A stretch of 64,000 nucleotides of DNA. It comes from Microgenomates group bacterium (GTDB taxonomy: Bacteria; Patescibacteriota; Microgenomatia; Daviesbacterales; UBA10151). How positions within the stretch are numbered: the stretch's first letter is position 1; each line of letters starts with the position of its first letter. Shown here piece after piece: positions 1 through 8,772 of this stretch. Where the stretch lies: NCBI GenBank assembly GCA_041659805.1, contig JBAZXP010000001.1:512589-576588 (forward strand). The letters are read 5' to 3'. Both the position numbers and the translations under genes were made by a program. The notes beneath the pieces were generated by a model. That model had not been told where the DNA came from. It ran no database searches and worked only from the letters and a program-made list of their open reading frames with translations.

Positions 1-1323
1 AATAATTTTTTTAAAAATAATAAGATTAGTGTTTTTAGTGCTTTATTTTTGGCTATTTCTCCCTGGCATATTTTTTATTCACGGATTGTTTCTGAGTCTC
101 AGGTTGCAATGGTTTTAGCAACACTGGGATTACTTGCGCTGATTAAATTCAAAAACGGAAACATACTTTGGGGATATATATCCGTATTCTCTATGGTTAG
201 TTCGATGTATGCTTATCATTCAGAGCGGTTATTTTTACCTTTGTTTTTTTTAATATGGGCATTCATAAATAAAAGTTGGTTAATAGTTAATAAAAAGAAA
301 GTGGCACTGATGCTTTTGATGGGAGCAATTTTAGCTTCACCACTTCTTATTGATCTTGTTTTTGGTAAAAGTACTATTCGGGCGGGTCAGCAAAGCATAT
401 ATAATGACATCAACTTTTTACGGCAGGTTTTTATTACCCCCGAACCTGTATATACTTATTTTGATCCTTTTTATATTTTATTTAATCAACAGTGGTTATA
501 TGTAATATTCTTTGTGATACGGAAATATCTTACTTTCTTTCAGCCTGATTTTTTATTTTTTAATGCTTTACCGATTCTTTCAACAGGATTATATGGTTTA
601 GGAGTTATGTATATTTTTCAGGCCCCGATTTTTTTGATAGGTTTAATTAAAGCTTTCAGTTTAAAATCGGATAATAAATATCTTCTTCCGATATGGTTTT
701 CCTTTGGTTTGTTACCTGCTGCTATAACACTGGCAGAATATCATACAGTACGCACCATGGTTGTAATTCCTGTTTTAGCTATTGTTTCTGGTGTTGGTTT
801 ATGGGTAGTTTTAAATTGGTTTATGCAAATCAGAAATAAATTTTTAAAGGTTGCAACCGGGTTGGTATTTTTTCTGGTAGTAAGTATTAATCTTTTTCAG
901 GCCTTTTTGATGTTTCATGTACATTTTCCGATTGAGCAATCTGATACTTTTATGGTTGGGAATAAAGAAGTGCTAGCTTGGATTGCAGAGAACAATAATA
1001 ATAAAGAAGAGGTAGTCTTCGATTCCAGGAGATTTTCAAACGGTCAAATTATAGTTAGTGTTCCGTATCTTTACTATTTATTTTATACAAAATATGATCC
1101 CAAGGCATTTCAAACTCTTTTCAATGATCACCCTGATAATCAGTTGAAAATAAATAATTTTACGTTCAGAGATATTGATTGGAGAACTGACCGGGGTCAG
1201 TCTGATATATTGTTTATCGGCAGCCCCTGGACTCTCCCCGAAGAAGATCTCACAGAAGCGACTATCTTAAAGAAAATATATCTACCGAACGGAAATGAGA
1301 CTTTAAGAGTGGTTGCTCCTTAA
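1..1323 (+). CDS. PMT/ArnT-like (GT39/PMT_2 family) polytopic GT-C glycosyltransferase, 5'-partial (runs off window start)
   Basis: Frame 1 is open from nt 1 with no stop before the annotated Met at 49. 'ALFLAISPWH' matches the mid-protein motif of the paralogues at 7137, 8773 and 10405 ('LLAISPWHLHFSRGAWEAN'), so about 130 aa of N-terminus including the loop-1 DE motif lie upstream. Shares the C-terminal 'YLPNGNETL' / 'FYTKYDP' motifs with the paralogues. Confidence 0.7.
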   Translation, partial: NNFFKNNKISVFSALFLAISPWHIFYSRIVSESQVAMVLATLGLLALIKFKNGNILWGYISVFSMVSSMYAYHSERLFLPLFFLIWAFINKSWLIVNKKKVALMLLMGAILASPLLIDLVFGKSTIRAGQQSIYNDINFLRQVFITPEPVYTYFDPFYILFNQQWLYVIFFVIRKYLTFFQPDFLFFNALPILSTGLYGLGVMYIFQAPIFLIGLIKAFSLKSDNKYLLPIWFSFGLLPAAITLAEYHTVRTMVVIPVLAIVSGVGLWVVLNWFMQIRNKFLKVATGLVFFLVVSINLFQAFLMFHVHFPIEQSDTFMVGNKEVLAWIAENNNNKEEVVFDSRRFSNGQIIVSVPYLYYLFYTKYDPKAFQTLFNDHPDNQLKINNFTFRDIDWRTDRGQSDILFIGSPWTLPEEDLTEATILKKIYLPNGNETLRVVAP

Positions 1324-1359
1324 TATTTTACTTACAAATACTCAACTGGTAAGATTAAT

Positions 1360-2259
1360 ATGATGAAAAATAAAATTTCAGTCGTTATAAATACCTTCAA
1401 TGAGGAAGAAAATATTGAAAGAGCCTTAAAGTCAGTTAAATGGGCAGATGAGACGGTTGTTTGCGATATGTTATCAGGTGATAAAACCGCAGAAATTGCC
1501 AAAAAAATGGGGGCCAAAGTAGTTTTGCACAAGCCTCAAAAGTATGTAGAATTAGTCCGTAACTTTAATATATCTCAAGCTTCAAATGATTGGGTGTTAA
1601 TTTTGGATCCTGATGAAGAAATTCCTGAAAGTTTAGCTAAAAAAATACAAGAAGTGACAGAGATGGATGGTGTGACATTCGCAGAGATCCCCCGGAAGAA
1701 TATTATTTTCGGCAAATGGATGGAAAATTCAATGTGGTGGCCTGATTATAATATCAGATTATTTAAAAAGGGTAGTGTGGTATGGAGTGAAGAGATCCAT
1801 AGACCGCCCCAAACAGAAGGTAAAGGCTTTCAGCTTGACTCAACAGAGGATTTGGCAATAATTCATCATCATTATGAGAGTATTTCACAATTTATTACCA
1901 GAATGGACCGTTATACTACCGCACAAGCTGGGGAATTGGCTAAAAGCGGTTATAAATTAAATTGGAAAGACCTAATTGAAAAACCTGTCAGTGAATTTCT
2001 AAACAGATATTTTGCAGGTCGTGGCTATGAGGATGGATTGCATGGATTGGCTTTAGGTTTGCTTCAGGCACTCTCTTTTTTGGTAATGTATCTGAAAGTA
2101 TGGGAAGAAGAAAAGTTTAAAGAGCAAAAACTACAATTTAAAGAAGTGTCTGATGAGGGTAAAAAGATTGGTAAAGAAATTAACTACTGGTTTAAATATG
2201 GTAACCTTTCTAAAAATCCTATTATACGTGCATTTCAAAAAGCTAAAAATAAATTTTAA
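1360..2259 (+). CDS. GT2 glycosyltransferase, WaaE/KdtX-like (LPS-core type)
   Basis: N-terminus 'ISVVINTFNEEENIERALKSVKWADETVVCD..SGDKTAEIAKKMGAKVV' matches the WaaE/KdtX signature (NEE..I..CL.S..WADE..V.DS.S.D.T..IA...GAKV). 'ILDPDEE' acidic DxD-like motif, 'WWPDYNIRLFKKG'. One of four paralogues in the window (1360, 3107, 11991, 60266). Confidence 0.75.
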   Translation: MMKNKISVVINTFNEEENIERALKSVKWADETVVCDMLSGDKTAEIAKKMGAKVVLHKPQKYVELVRNFNISQASNDWVLILDPDEEIPESLAKKIQEVTEMDGVTFAEIPRKNIIFGKWMENSMWWPDYNIRLFKKGSVVWSEEIHRPPQTEGKGFQLDSTEDLAIIHHHYESISQFITRMDRYTTAQAGELAKSGYKLNWKDLIEKPVSEFLNRYFAGRGYEDGLHGLALGLLQALSFLVMYLKVWEEEKFKEQKLQFKEVSDEGKKIGKEINYWFKYGNLSKNPIIRAFQKAKNKF

Positions 2260-3110
2260 TGGTAAAAGTTGCAGTTGTAATTTTAAATTTCAAAGTTAAA
2301 GAAGAAACACTGAAATGTGTGGCTTCTGTTGAAAAATCAGATTATCATGATATAGAAATTATTGTTGTAGATAATAATTCAGGAGATGATATCGAGGACA
2401 GTCTGCCTAAAAACAACAGAACAATTTTTATTCAGAGCGGAGACAATTTGGGATATACCGGCGGGAACAATTTAGGAATTAAAAGAGCGCTAGAAGATAA
2501 AGTAGATTATATTTTTGTATTGAATCCGGATACAGAGGTAACGATAACTGCTATAAGCAGTTTAGTGACTGAATCTGAAAAAGAAAAAATAGGAATAATG
2601 GGTCCTAAAATCCTTTTTGGGGATAGAAAGACGATTTGGTATGCGGGTGGGTTAATGGATTTGGCGAACGTTTTAGGCCAACATAGAGGGGTGGATGAGA
2701 TGGATGCAGGGCAATATGATAAAGTAGAGCAGACTGAATTTGTGACAGGAGGGGCAATGTTTGTAAGTAGTGAGGTTTTTGAGAAGATTGGTTTATTTGA
2801 TGAAAAATATTTTATGTATTTAGAAGATAGTGATTTTTGTTTTAGAGCCCAAAAAATGGGATATAAAATTTTATACAATCCTAAAGCGGTTGTTTATCAT
2901 GAAAATGCAAAATCAGCAGGATTAGGGTCACCTTTACAGGATTATTTTATAACCCGCAACAGAATGTATTTTGCCTCAAAGTTTTTGTCCTTCAGAACAA
3001 GATTTGCTCTCTTCAGGGAAGCTATAAGAAATATCGGAAGTCTAGTCAGAAGACTAGCTTTTTTTGATTTTTTAAGTGGTAATATGGGGAAGGGGAGTTA
3101 TATTCAATGA
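2259..3110 (+). CDS. GT2 glycosyltransferase, WbbL/rhamnosyltransferase-like
   Basis: 'VAVVILNFK..IEIIVVDNNSGDD', 'GYTGGNNLGI', 'DEKYFMYLEDSDFCFRAQKMGYKI' are typical of the non-processive GT2 rhamnosyltransferase-like family. Paralogues at 4984 (N-terminal domain), 17059 and 61231. Confidence 0.75.
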   Translation: MVKVAVVILNFKVKEETLKCVASVEKSDYHDIEIIVVDNNSGDDIEDSLPKNNRTIFIQSGDNLGYTGGNNLGIKRALEDKVDYIFVLNPDTEVTITAISSLVTESEKEKIGIMGPKILFGDRKTIWYAGGLMDLANVLGQHRGVDEMDAGQYDKVEQTEFVTGGAMFVSSEVFEKIGLFDEKYFMYLEDSDFCFRAQKMGYKILYNPKAVVYHENAKSAGLGSPLQDYFITRNRMYFASKFLSFRTRFALFREAIRNIGSLVRRLAFFDFLSGNMGKGSYIQ

Positions 3111-3910
3111 TCTCAATAATTATACTAACAAAAAATGAAGAGAGTATGATTCACGCCTGTTTGGAATCTGTTAAATGGGCTGACGAGGTAATTGTTATAG
3201 ATTCAAACAGTCAGGACAAAACAGCGGAAATTGCAAAAAATTTCGGAGCAAAGGTTTTTGCCCGTGAGTTTGATAATTATGTTAATCAAAAAGGATTTGC
3301 GATGACAAAAGCATCCGGGGATTGGATTTTATATGTTGATGCTGATGAGAGGGTTTTGGAACCTCTAAGACAGGAGGTTTTGGGTTTGATTGCCAAAGAT
3401 CAGATTTCTGCCTATGCTCTTTCCAGAAGGAATATTATTTTCGGAAAAGAGGAAAAGTATGGCCCGTTCTGGCCTGATTGGGTGATAAGGTTGGTAAAAA
3501 AAGATGACTTTGTTAAATGGGTGGGGGAAGTGCATGAGCATATGGAATTTGAAGGAAAATTAGGTTATACAAAAAATTCTTTACTTCATTTAACTCATAG
3601 AAATGTGGAGCAGGTAATTTTAAAAAATTTACAATGGTCAAAAATTGATGCTAAATTAAGAATGGACGCTCATCACCCCAAGATGTCCAGATGGAGATTT
3701 TTACGGATATTATGTTCAGAGCTATTTAATCAGGGAATTATAAGACGCGGATTTTTTAACGGGTCTGTCGGAACAATTGATGCCCTGTTGCAAACATTCA
3801 GTATGTTAACAACATATATCAGACTTTGGGAGATGCAGCAAAGAAAGCCTTTGGATGAAATATATAAAGATTTAGATACTCAGTTAATTAAGGAAAATTT
3901 TAATTTCTAA
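3107..3910 (+). CDS. GT2 glycosyltransferase, WaaE/KdtX-like
   Basis: 'ISIIILTKNEESMIHACLESVKWADEVIVIDSNSQDKTAEIAKNFGAKVF', 'YVDADERV', 'FWPDWVIRLVKK'. Paralogue of 1360. Confidence 0.75.
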   Translation: MISIIILTKNEESMIHACLESVKWADEVIVIDSNSQDKTAEIAKNFGAKVFAREFDNYVNQKGFAMTKASGDWILYVDADERVLEPLRQEVLGLIAKDQISAYALSRRNIIFGKEEKYGPFWPDWVIRLVKKDDFVKWVGEVHEHMEFEGKLGYTKNSLLHLTHRNVEQVILKNLQWSKIDAKLRMDAHHPKMSRWRFLRILCSELFNQGIIRRGFFNGSVGTIDALLQTFSMLTTYIRLWEMQQRKPLDEIYKDLDTQLIKENFNF

Positions 3911-4978
3911 ATGAGAGTCGGAATTTACACTCCATATCTGGACAGTTTTGGCGGTGGGGAGCGGTATATGTTAACTATCGCTGAAATTTTATCATCAAAT
4001 AACCGGGTTGATCTGTTGCTTGACCGGCATCTGCAAGTTTTGATTACCGAAGAAGTTAAAAAAAATCTTGGTGAAAGATTCAACTTAGATCTTTCTAAAG
4101 TAAATTTAATTGAAGCTCCTATAGGAGCTAATTCAGGATTTTGGAGAAAATTATTTTTTTTAAGAAAATACGATCTGCTGTTTTATTTAACAGATGGAAG
4201 TATTTTTTATTCAACCGCTAAAAAAAATATTTTACACTTTCAGGTTCCCTTTAAAAATACTGTAACCAATTCTTTTTGGGGAAGGATAAAACTTTTAAGC
4301 TGGAATCTGGCGATTTGTAATTCGAAGTTCACACAAAGCATTATCGAAAAAGAATGGCCGATTAAATCTCAGGTTCTTTATCCTCCGGTTGAAGTAGAAG
4401 TAATTGAACCGTTAGCTAAGAAAAAACAGATATTATCCGTTGGCAGGTTTGCCAGTTTTTCTAAATCAAAAAAGCACGAGGAGATGATAAAGGCTTTCGG
4501 AGATTTATTCCATTCCGGAAAAATTGATGGATGGGGTTTGCATTTGGCAGGATCGATCGAAGGAAGTGAAGACTATATCGCGGAACTAAAGAATTTGGCA
4601 GAAGGGTTGCCGGTAACCTTTTATCCCAACATTCCATTTAAAGATTTAAAGCGATTATTCGGTGAATCCAGTATTTATTGGCATGCAGCAGGGTATGGTG
4701 AAGAAGATCCTACCCAAATGGAACATTTTGGTATAGCGACAGTAGAAGCGATGGCCGGAGGATGCGTTCCGATAGTTATAAATCAAGGAGGACAAACAGA
4801 AATTGTTGAAAATGAAACTTCCGGATATCTCTGGAATCAAGTCAATGAATTAAAAGTTCTTACTGTTAAAGTAATTATGGACCATTCTTTATGGCAAAAA
4901 TTATCCGCTAATGCCATAAAAAGAAGTAAAAACTTTTCTAAAAAGACTTTTGAAGAAGACATTCTAAAAATCGTTTAA
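3911..4978 (+). CDS. GT4 (GT-B fold) glycosyltransferase
   Basis: C-terminal 'EHFGIATVEAMAGGCVPIVINQGGQTEIV' is the GT4 E-x7-E donor-binding motif; the N-terminal acceptor domain starts 'MRVGIYTPYLDSFGGGERY'. Confidence 0.8.
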   Translation: MRVGIYTPYLDSFGGGERYMLTIAEILSSNNRVDLLLDRHLQVLITEEVKKNLGERFNLDLSKVNLIEAPIGANSGFWRKLFFLRKYDLLFYLTDGSIFYSTAKKNILHFQVPFKNTVTNSFWGRIKLLSWNLAICNSKFTQSIIEKEWPIKSQVLYPPVEVEVIEPLAKKKQILSVGRFASFSKSKKHEEMIKAFGDLFHSGKIDGWGLHLAGSIEGSEDYIAELKNLAEGLPVTFYPNIPFKDLKRLFGESSIYWHAAGYGEEDPTQMEHFGIATVEAMAGGCVPIVINQGGQTEIVENETSGYLWNQVNELKVLTVKVIMDHSLWQKLSANAIKRSKNFSKKTFEEDILKIV

Positions 4979-4983
4979 ATCAT

Positions 4984-7140
4984 ATGAATAAGACGAGTAT
5001 TATTATTGTGACATTTAACAGTGCCAGAACAATCAAGGCTTGCTTGAATTCTGTTATTAGGTATTCTTCGGAAGCAGAAATTATTGTAGTTGATAACAAT
5101 TCAGAGGATCAGACTATAGATATAGTTAAAGCATTCGGAAATAAGGTAAAGTTAGCTAATTCTGGGGGGAATTTAGGGTTTGCTAAAGCAAACAATCTAG
5201 GGGTAAAGTCTGCCGGTGGAGATTATTTAATTTTTTTGAATCCTGATACAAAGATACTTGAAAAGGGTAGTTTGGAAAAATTAAAGATAAGTATGGAATT
5301 AAATCCTGAATATGGAATTATCGGACCAAAATTAATATATCCGGATGGGACGCCTCAAGACCGAGTACGTAATTTACCTACAATAGCTCGAGCATTTAAC
5401 GAGTATTTTTTAAACAAAAAGGGTGAGTATGACTTTTATTCCCCTGATTGTAAATCACTTTGTGAGGTAGAAAGCATTATCGGTGCCTGTATTATTATTA
5501 GGAAAGAATTATTTAAAAAAATCGGAGGATTTGATGAAAAATATTTTATGTATTATGAAGATTTGGAATTATGCAGAAGGGTAAGAGAACTGGGCTTTAA
5601 GGTAGGGTTTTTACCTGAAATTACCATTGAACATGCTGAAGGAAAATCAGGAATAAATCAAAAAACTTCTCAAATGTTGAATGAATCTGCCCAAAAATAT
5701 CATAGTTTAGTGGAATATTTTTTAATTCAATTGATATTGCGGTTAAGTAACGGAAAAAGAAAGTTGTTTTGGGCTTTGATTATTTTTCTCGGAGCAGCAT
5801 TTTTCAGAATATTTTTCTTTGATCTAATTGAATTTAAAGCAGATGAAGCAATAACGACTTTTCAAACGGTAGAGTTTTATTTAAATCCATATTTAATTCA
5901 AAGAGGTTTAATATCAGGAATCGGAGTTTATAATTTTCCACTTTTTAGTTATTTGATTATTATATTGGCAATTTTCTCTCGTGATCCACAATATATTAGT
6001 TTTCTCATTGCTTTAATTAATACGATGCTAGTTCCTGTTTTCTATATTGTTATAAGGAAATATTATGATCAGTTAACTGCAATTTTTGCCGGCTTTTTAT
6101 TGGCTTTTTCACCCTGGGCAATAATATTTTCCCGTAAAATTTGGGCTCAGGACCTAATTTTATTATTAGCCTTGCCTTTTTTTGCTTTAATTCACGGGCT
6201 GATTATTGATAAAAAGACAAAATTTACCTTGCCGATATTTACTCTTTTAGTTTTATTAAGTCAATTACACGCCTCAGGTTTTTTTCTATCAGCGGCCACT
6301 GTTTTGATTCTTATTATTCTAAGGGTAAAGATTAATTTTAAACAAGCTCTAATGGGAATCTGTATTGGAGCTATTACAACAATACCTTATATAGCTTTTC
6401 AATTATCAGCTATACCTATTTGTCCAGATTGTGATAACTTTTTTAGATATCAAAATTTGCCCCGGCCATTTGATTTATATAATTTAATCCGTCCGTTTCA
6501 GCTAATGAACGGTCAGGGGTATCATTTTGTCTTAGGGAATAGTTTTGATGGTTTCTTGTCTTCTTTCCCTCTTCTGAATATATTGAAATATTTCTTTTTA
6601 TCAAGTTTTGTTATTCCGTTTATCGGTGCATTTTTTATTATTTCCAAAAGACGTGAATATCTTTTCCTTGTTTTGTATTTAACTATCATTCCGATACTTT
6701 ATTTTATTACTAGAACAAATCCTTATATGCATTATTTCGTAATTTTAATTCCTATGGTTGCAACTTTGTATGCGTTCTCGTTTAGTAGTATATATAATTT
6801 TATGAAGAGTAATTTATTAAAAACACTTACATATATAGTTTTTATATTTTTTATTAGTGCCAATATTATTTTTGTTTTTTCTTTTAATCAATATTTGTCT
6901 TCTGCAAAAATAATCAACGGTGATTATGGACCTATTTTTTCTTTATCAAATCAAGTTATTAAAAACGAGCTGAAAGATTATAGGAGTGTTAGTTATTATA
7001 ACGAACTCGAAAGTTTCGCTTACATATTCTTAGGGAAAAAAGATTTTCATTTAAAATTAGCAGAATTTTTTAAATTAAAAGGTAATGAGGTATTTGCTGA
7101 TATAGAACTTAGGAAGAATCAACAGACTGTAAGCAAATGA
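4984..7140 (+). CDS. Fusion protein: N-terminal GT2 (WbbL-like) domain plus C-terminal PMT/ArnT-like GT-C polytopic membrane domain
   Basis: Residues ~1-240 ('SIIIVTFNSARTI..IIVVDNNSEDQT', 'DEKYFMYYEDLELCRRVRELGFKV') are GT2. Residues ~250-718 are polytopic, with 'FKADEAITTFQ' (loop-1 DE motif) and 'LLAFSPWAIIFSRKIWAQD' matching the paralogue motif 'LLAISPWHLHFSRGAWEAN'. Confidence 0.7.
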   Translation: MNKTSIIIVTFNSARTIKACLNSVIRYSSEAEIIVVDNNSEDQTIDIVKAFGNKVKLANSGGNLGFAKANNLGVKSAGGDYLIFLNPDTKILEKGSLEKLKISMELNPEYGIIGPKLIYPDGTPQDRVRNLPTIARAFNEYFLNKKGEYDFYSPDCKSLCEVESIIGACIIIRKELFKKIGGFDEKYFMYYEDLELCRRVRELGFKVGFLPEITIEHAEGKSGINQKTSQMLNESAQKYHSLVEYFLIQLILRLSNGKRKLFWALIIFLGAAFFRIFFFDLIEFKADEAITTFQTVEFYLNPYLIQRGLISGIGVYNFPLFSYLIIILAIFSRDPQYISFLIALINTMLVPVFYIVIRKYYDQLTAIFAGFLLAFSPWAIIFSRKIWAQDLILLLALPFFALIHGLIIDKKTKFTLPIFTLLVLLSQLHASGFFLSAATVLILIILRVKINFKQALMGICIGAITTIPYIAFQLSAIPICPDCDNFFRYQNLPRPFDLYNLIRPFQLMNGQGYHFVLGNSFDGFLSSFPLLNILKYFFLSSFVIPFIGAFFIISKRREYLFLVLYLTIIPILYFITRTNPYMHYFVILIPMVATLYAFSFSSIYNFMKSNLLKTLTYIVFIFFISANIIFVFSFNQYLSSAKIINGDYGPIFSLSNQVIKNELKDYRSVSYYNELESFAYIFLGKKDFHLKLAEFFKLKGNEVFADIELRKNQQTVSK

Positions 7141-8750
7141 AGACAAAAATATTTTTTTTAGGAATATTATTAATAGCCTTTTTTCTAAGGTTTATTAATC
7201 TTGACAATGTCCCCCCAAGCTTAAATTGGGATGAGGTGTCAATTGGCTATAATGCTTACTCAATTTTAAAAACAGGTACTGATGAATGGGGAAAATTTAT
7301 GCCATTAAATTTCCGGGCCTTCGGTGATTATAAATTACCATTATATATTTATGCAGACATTCCTTTTATCGCTTTATTTGGGTTGAATGCGGTTGGCGTG
7401 CGTTTATTATCAGTACTTTCCGGATTAGGAGTAGTCATTCTTAGCTATCTTATTCTAAAAAACTTAACTAAAAATAACACCATAGCACTTATCGGGATGT
7501 TTACGGCAGCAACATTGCCATGGTTAATAATTTTATCAAGAATAGGGCTAGAAGCAAATTTTGCATTATTTTTAGTAACCCTGTTTGTTTATCTTTTTTT
7601 AAGAGGAGTTGAGGAAAAACGATTTCTTGTGTGGTCCGGTATACCCCTTGGTCTGTCTCTTTTTACTTATAATAGCAGCCGCGTTACCACCCCTTTTCTT
7701 ATTTTTGCTGCTGTAATACTTTTTTGGAATAAGCTAAAGAGTCATAAGAGGGAAAGCATTCTAGCTGCAGTAGTTTTAATTTTTTTTGTTTCTGTAGTTA
7801 TTCCTTTGGCTTTATTTTCAGATTCCAGTGCGCGTTTTCAGTGGACGACCATACTTGATGAGGGAGCAATTTTATCTATTAATCAAGAAAGAGGTTTATC
7901 CTCTTTGCCTGCTGCATTTAAGCCTCTTGTTTATAACAAAGTGACTTATTTTATAGTCACATCTGCGCAAAATTATCTTTCGTATTATAATCCTGATTTT
8001 TTATTTATAAACGGAGGATCGAATTTTCAATTTTCAGTTCCGGGAACAGGGCTTTTGTTTTGGGCTTTAATTCCGTTTTTTCTTATCGGGATTTTTTATG
8101 TTCTTTCAAAAAGAAAAGACTGTCAATTGTTTATTCTGGCTTGGTTGTTTATTGCGCCAATCCCGGGTTCAATTACCAGAGATGCACCACATGCTTTACG
8201 TAGTTTATTTATTATTCCACCAATTATTATCATCAGCTCCTTAGGAATCGTTTTTTTAGGCAATAAACTTAAGCAAACATTATTTAAGATAGTTATTCTA
8301 ATTTTTCTTTTGTTGATGGTCTTTCAAACCTATCTTTTTTGGGTTAATTATAATGGCAGTTATAGACAGGAGTTTTCCTGGTCCTGGCAGTATGGTTATA
8401 AACAGGCGATGGAATATATTCAGGTCAATTATTCAAATTATTCCAAGATTGTAATTACAAAATCATACGGAGAACCGCATGAATTTCTGCTCTTTTACCT
8501 TAAATATGATTCTTATAAATATCAGCACGATCTGAGTTTGGTCCGTTATGAAAGGAGTCAGTGGTTTTGGGTTGATAGATTTGATAAGTTTGAATTCATA
8601 AATGATTGGGAAATAAAAGATAGAATGAAGAATGCTCATAATACACTTCTGGTAACAAGTCCCGGTAATTATCCTCCCGGAAGCGCGATTGTGCAGACAA
8701 TTGATTTTTTGGATGGGAAAAGGGCTTTTGATATAGTGGATATAGAGTAG
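7137..8750 (+). CDS. PMT/ArnT-like (GT39/PMT_2) GT-C glycosyltransferase
   Basis: About 11 predicted TM helices. Loop-1 'LNWDEVSIGYNAYSILKTGTDEWGKFMPL' (conserved DE). C-terminal soluble domain with 'ITKSYGEPHEFLLFYLKYDSYKYQ' and 'FLDGKRAF', shared by 8773 and 10405. ATGA overlap with the upstream gene. Confidence 0.75.
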   Translation: MKTKIFFLGILLIAFFLRFINLDNVPPSLNWDEVSIGYNAYSILKTGTDEWGKFMPLNFRAFGDYKLPLYIYADIPFIALFGLNAVGVRLLSVLSGLGVVILSYLILKNLTKNNTIALIGMFTAATLPWLIILSRIGLEANFALFLVTLFVYLFLRGVEEKRFLVWSGIPLGLSLFTYNSSRVTTPFLIFAAVILFWNKLKSHKRESILAAVVLIFFVSVVIPLALFSDSSARFQWTTILDEGAILSINQERGLSSLPAAFKPLVYNKVTYFIVTSAQNYLSYYNPDFLFINGGSNFQFSVPGTGLLFWALIPFFLIGIFYVLSKRKDCQLFILAWLFIAPIPGSITRDAPHALRSLFIIPPIIIISSLGIVFLGNKLKQTLFKIVILIFLLLMVFQTYLFWVNYNGSYRQEFSWSWQYGYKQAMEYIQVNYSNYSKIVITKSYGEPHEFLLFYLKYDSYKYQHDLSLVRYERSQWFWVDRFDKFEFINDWEIKDRMKNAHNTLLVTSPGNYPPGSAIVQTIDFLDGKRAFDIVDIE

Positions 8751-8760
8751 AAAATTTAGG

Positions 8761-8766
8761 TATAAT
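8761..8766 (+). promoter_or_regulatory. TATAAT -10-like box 6 nt upstream of ATG 8773 (near-leaderless start)
   Basis: 'aggTATAATattagtATG'. No Shine-Dalgarno between box and start. Confidence 0.3.
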
Positions 8767-8772
8767 ATTAGT

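Noticed and set aside
2507-2878. 123-aa minus-strand ORF inside the GT2 gene 2259-3110
   Set aside because: Entirely antisense to a longer ORF with strong family motifs. Low-complexity AT-rich translation with no motif.
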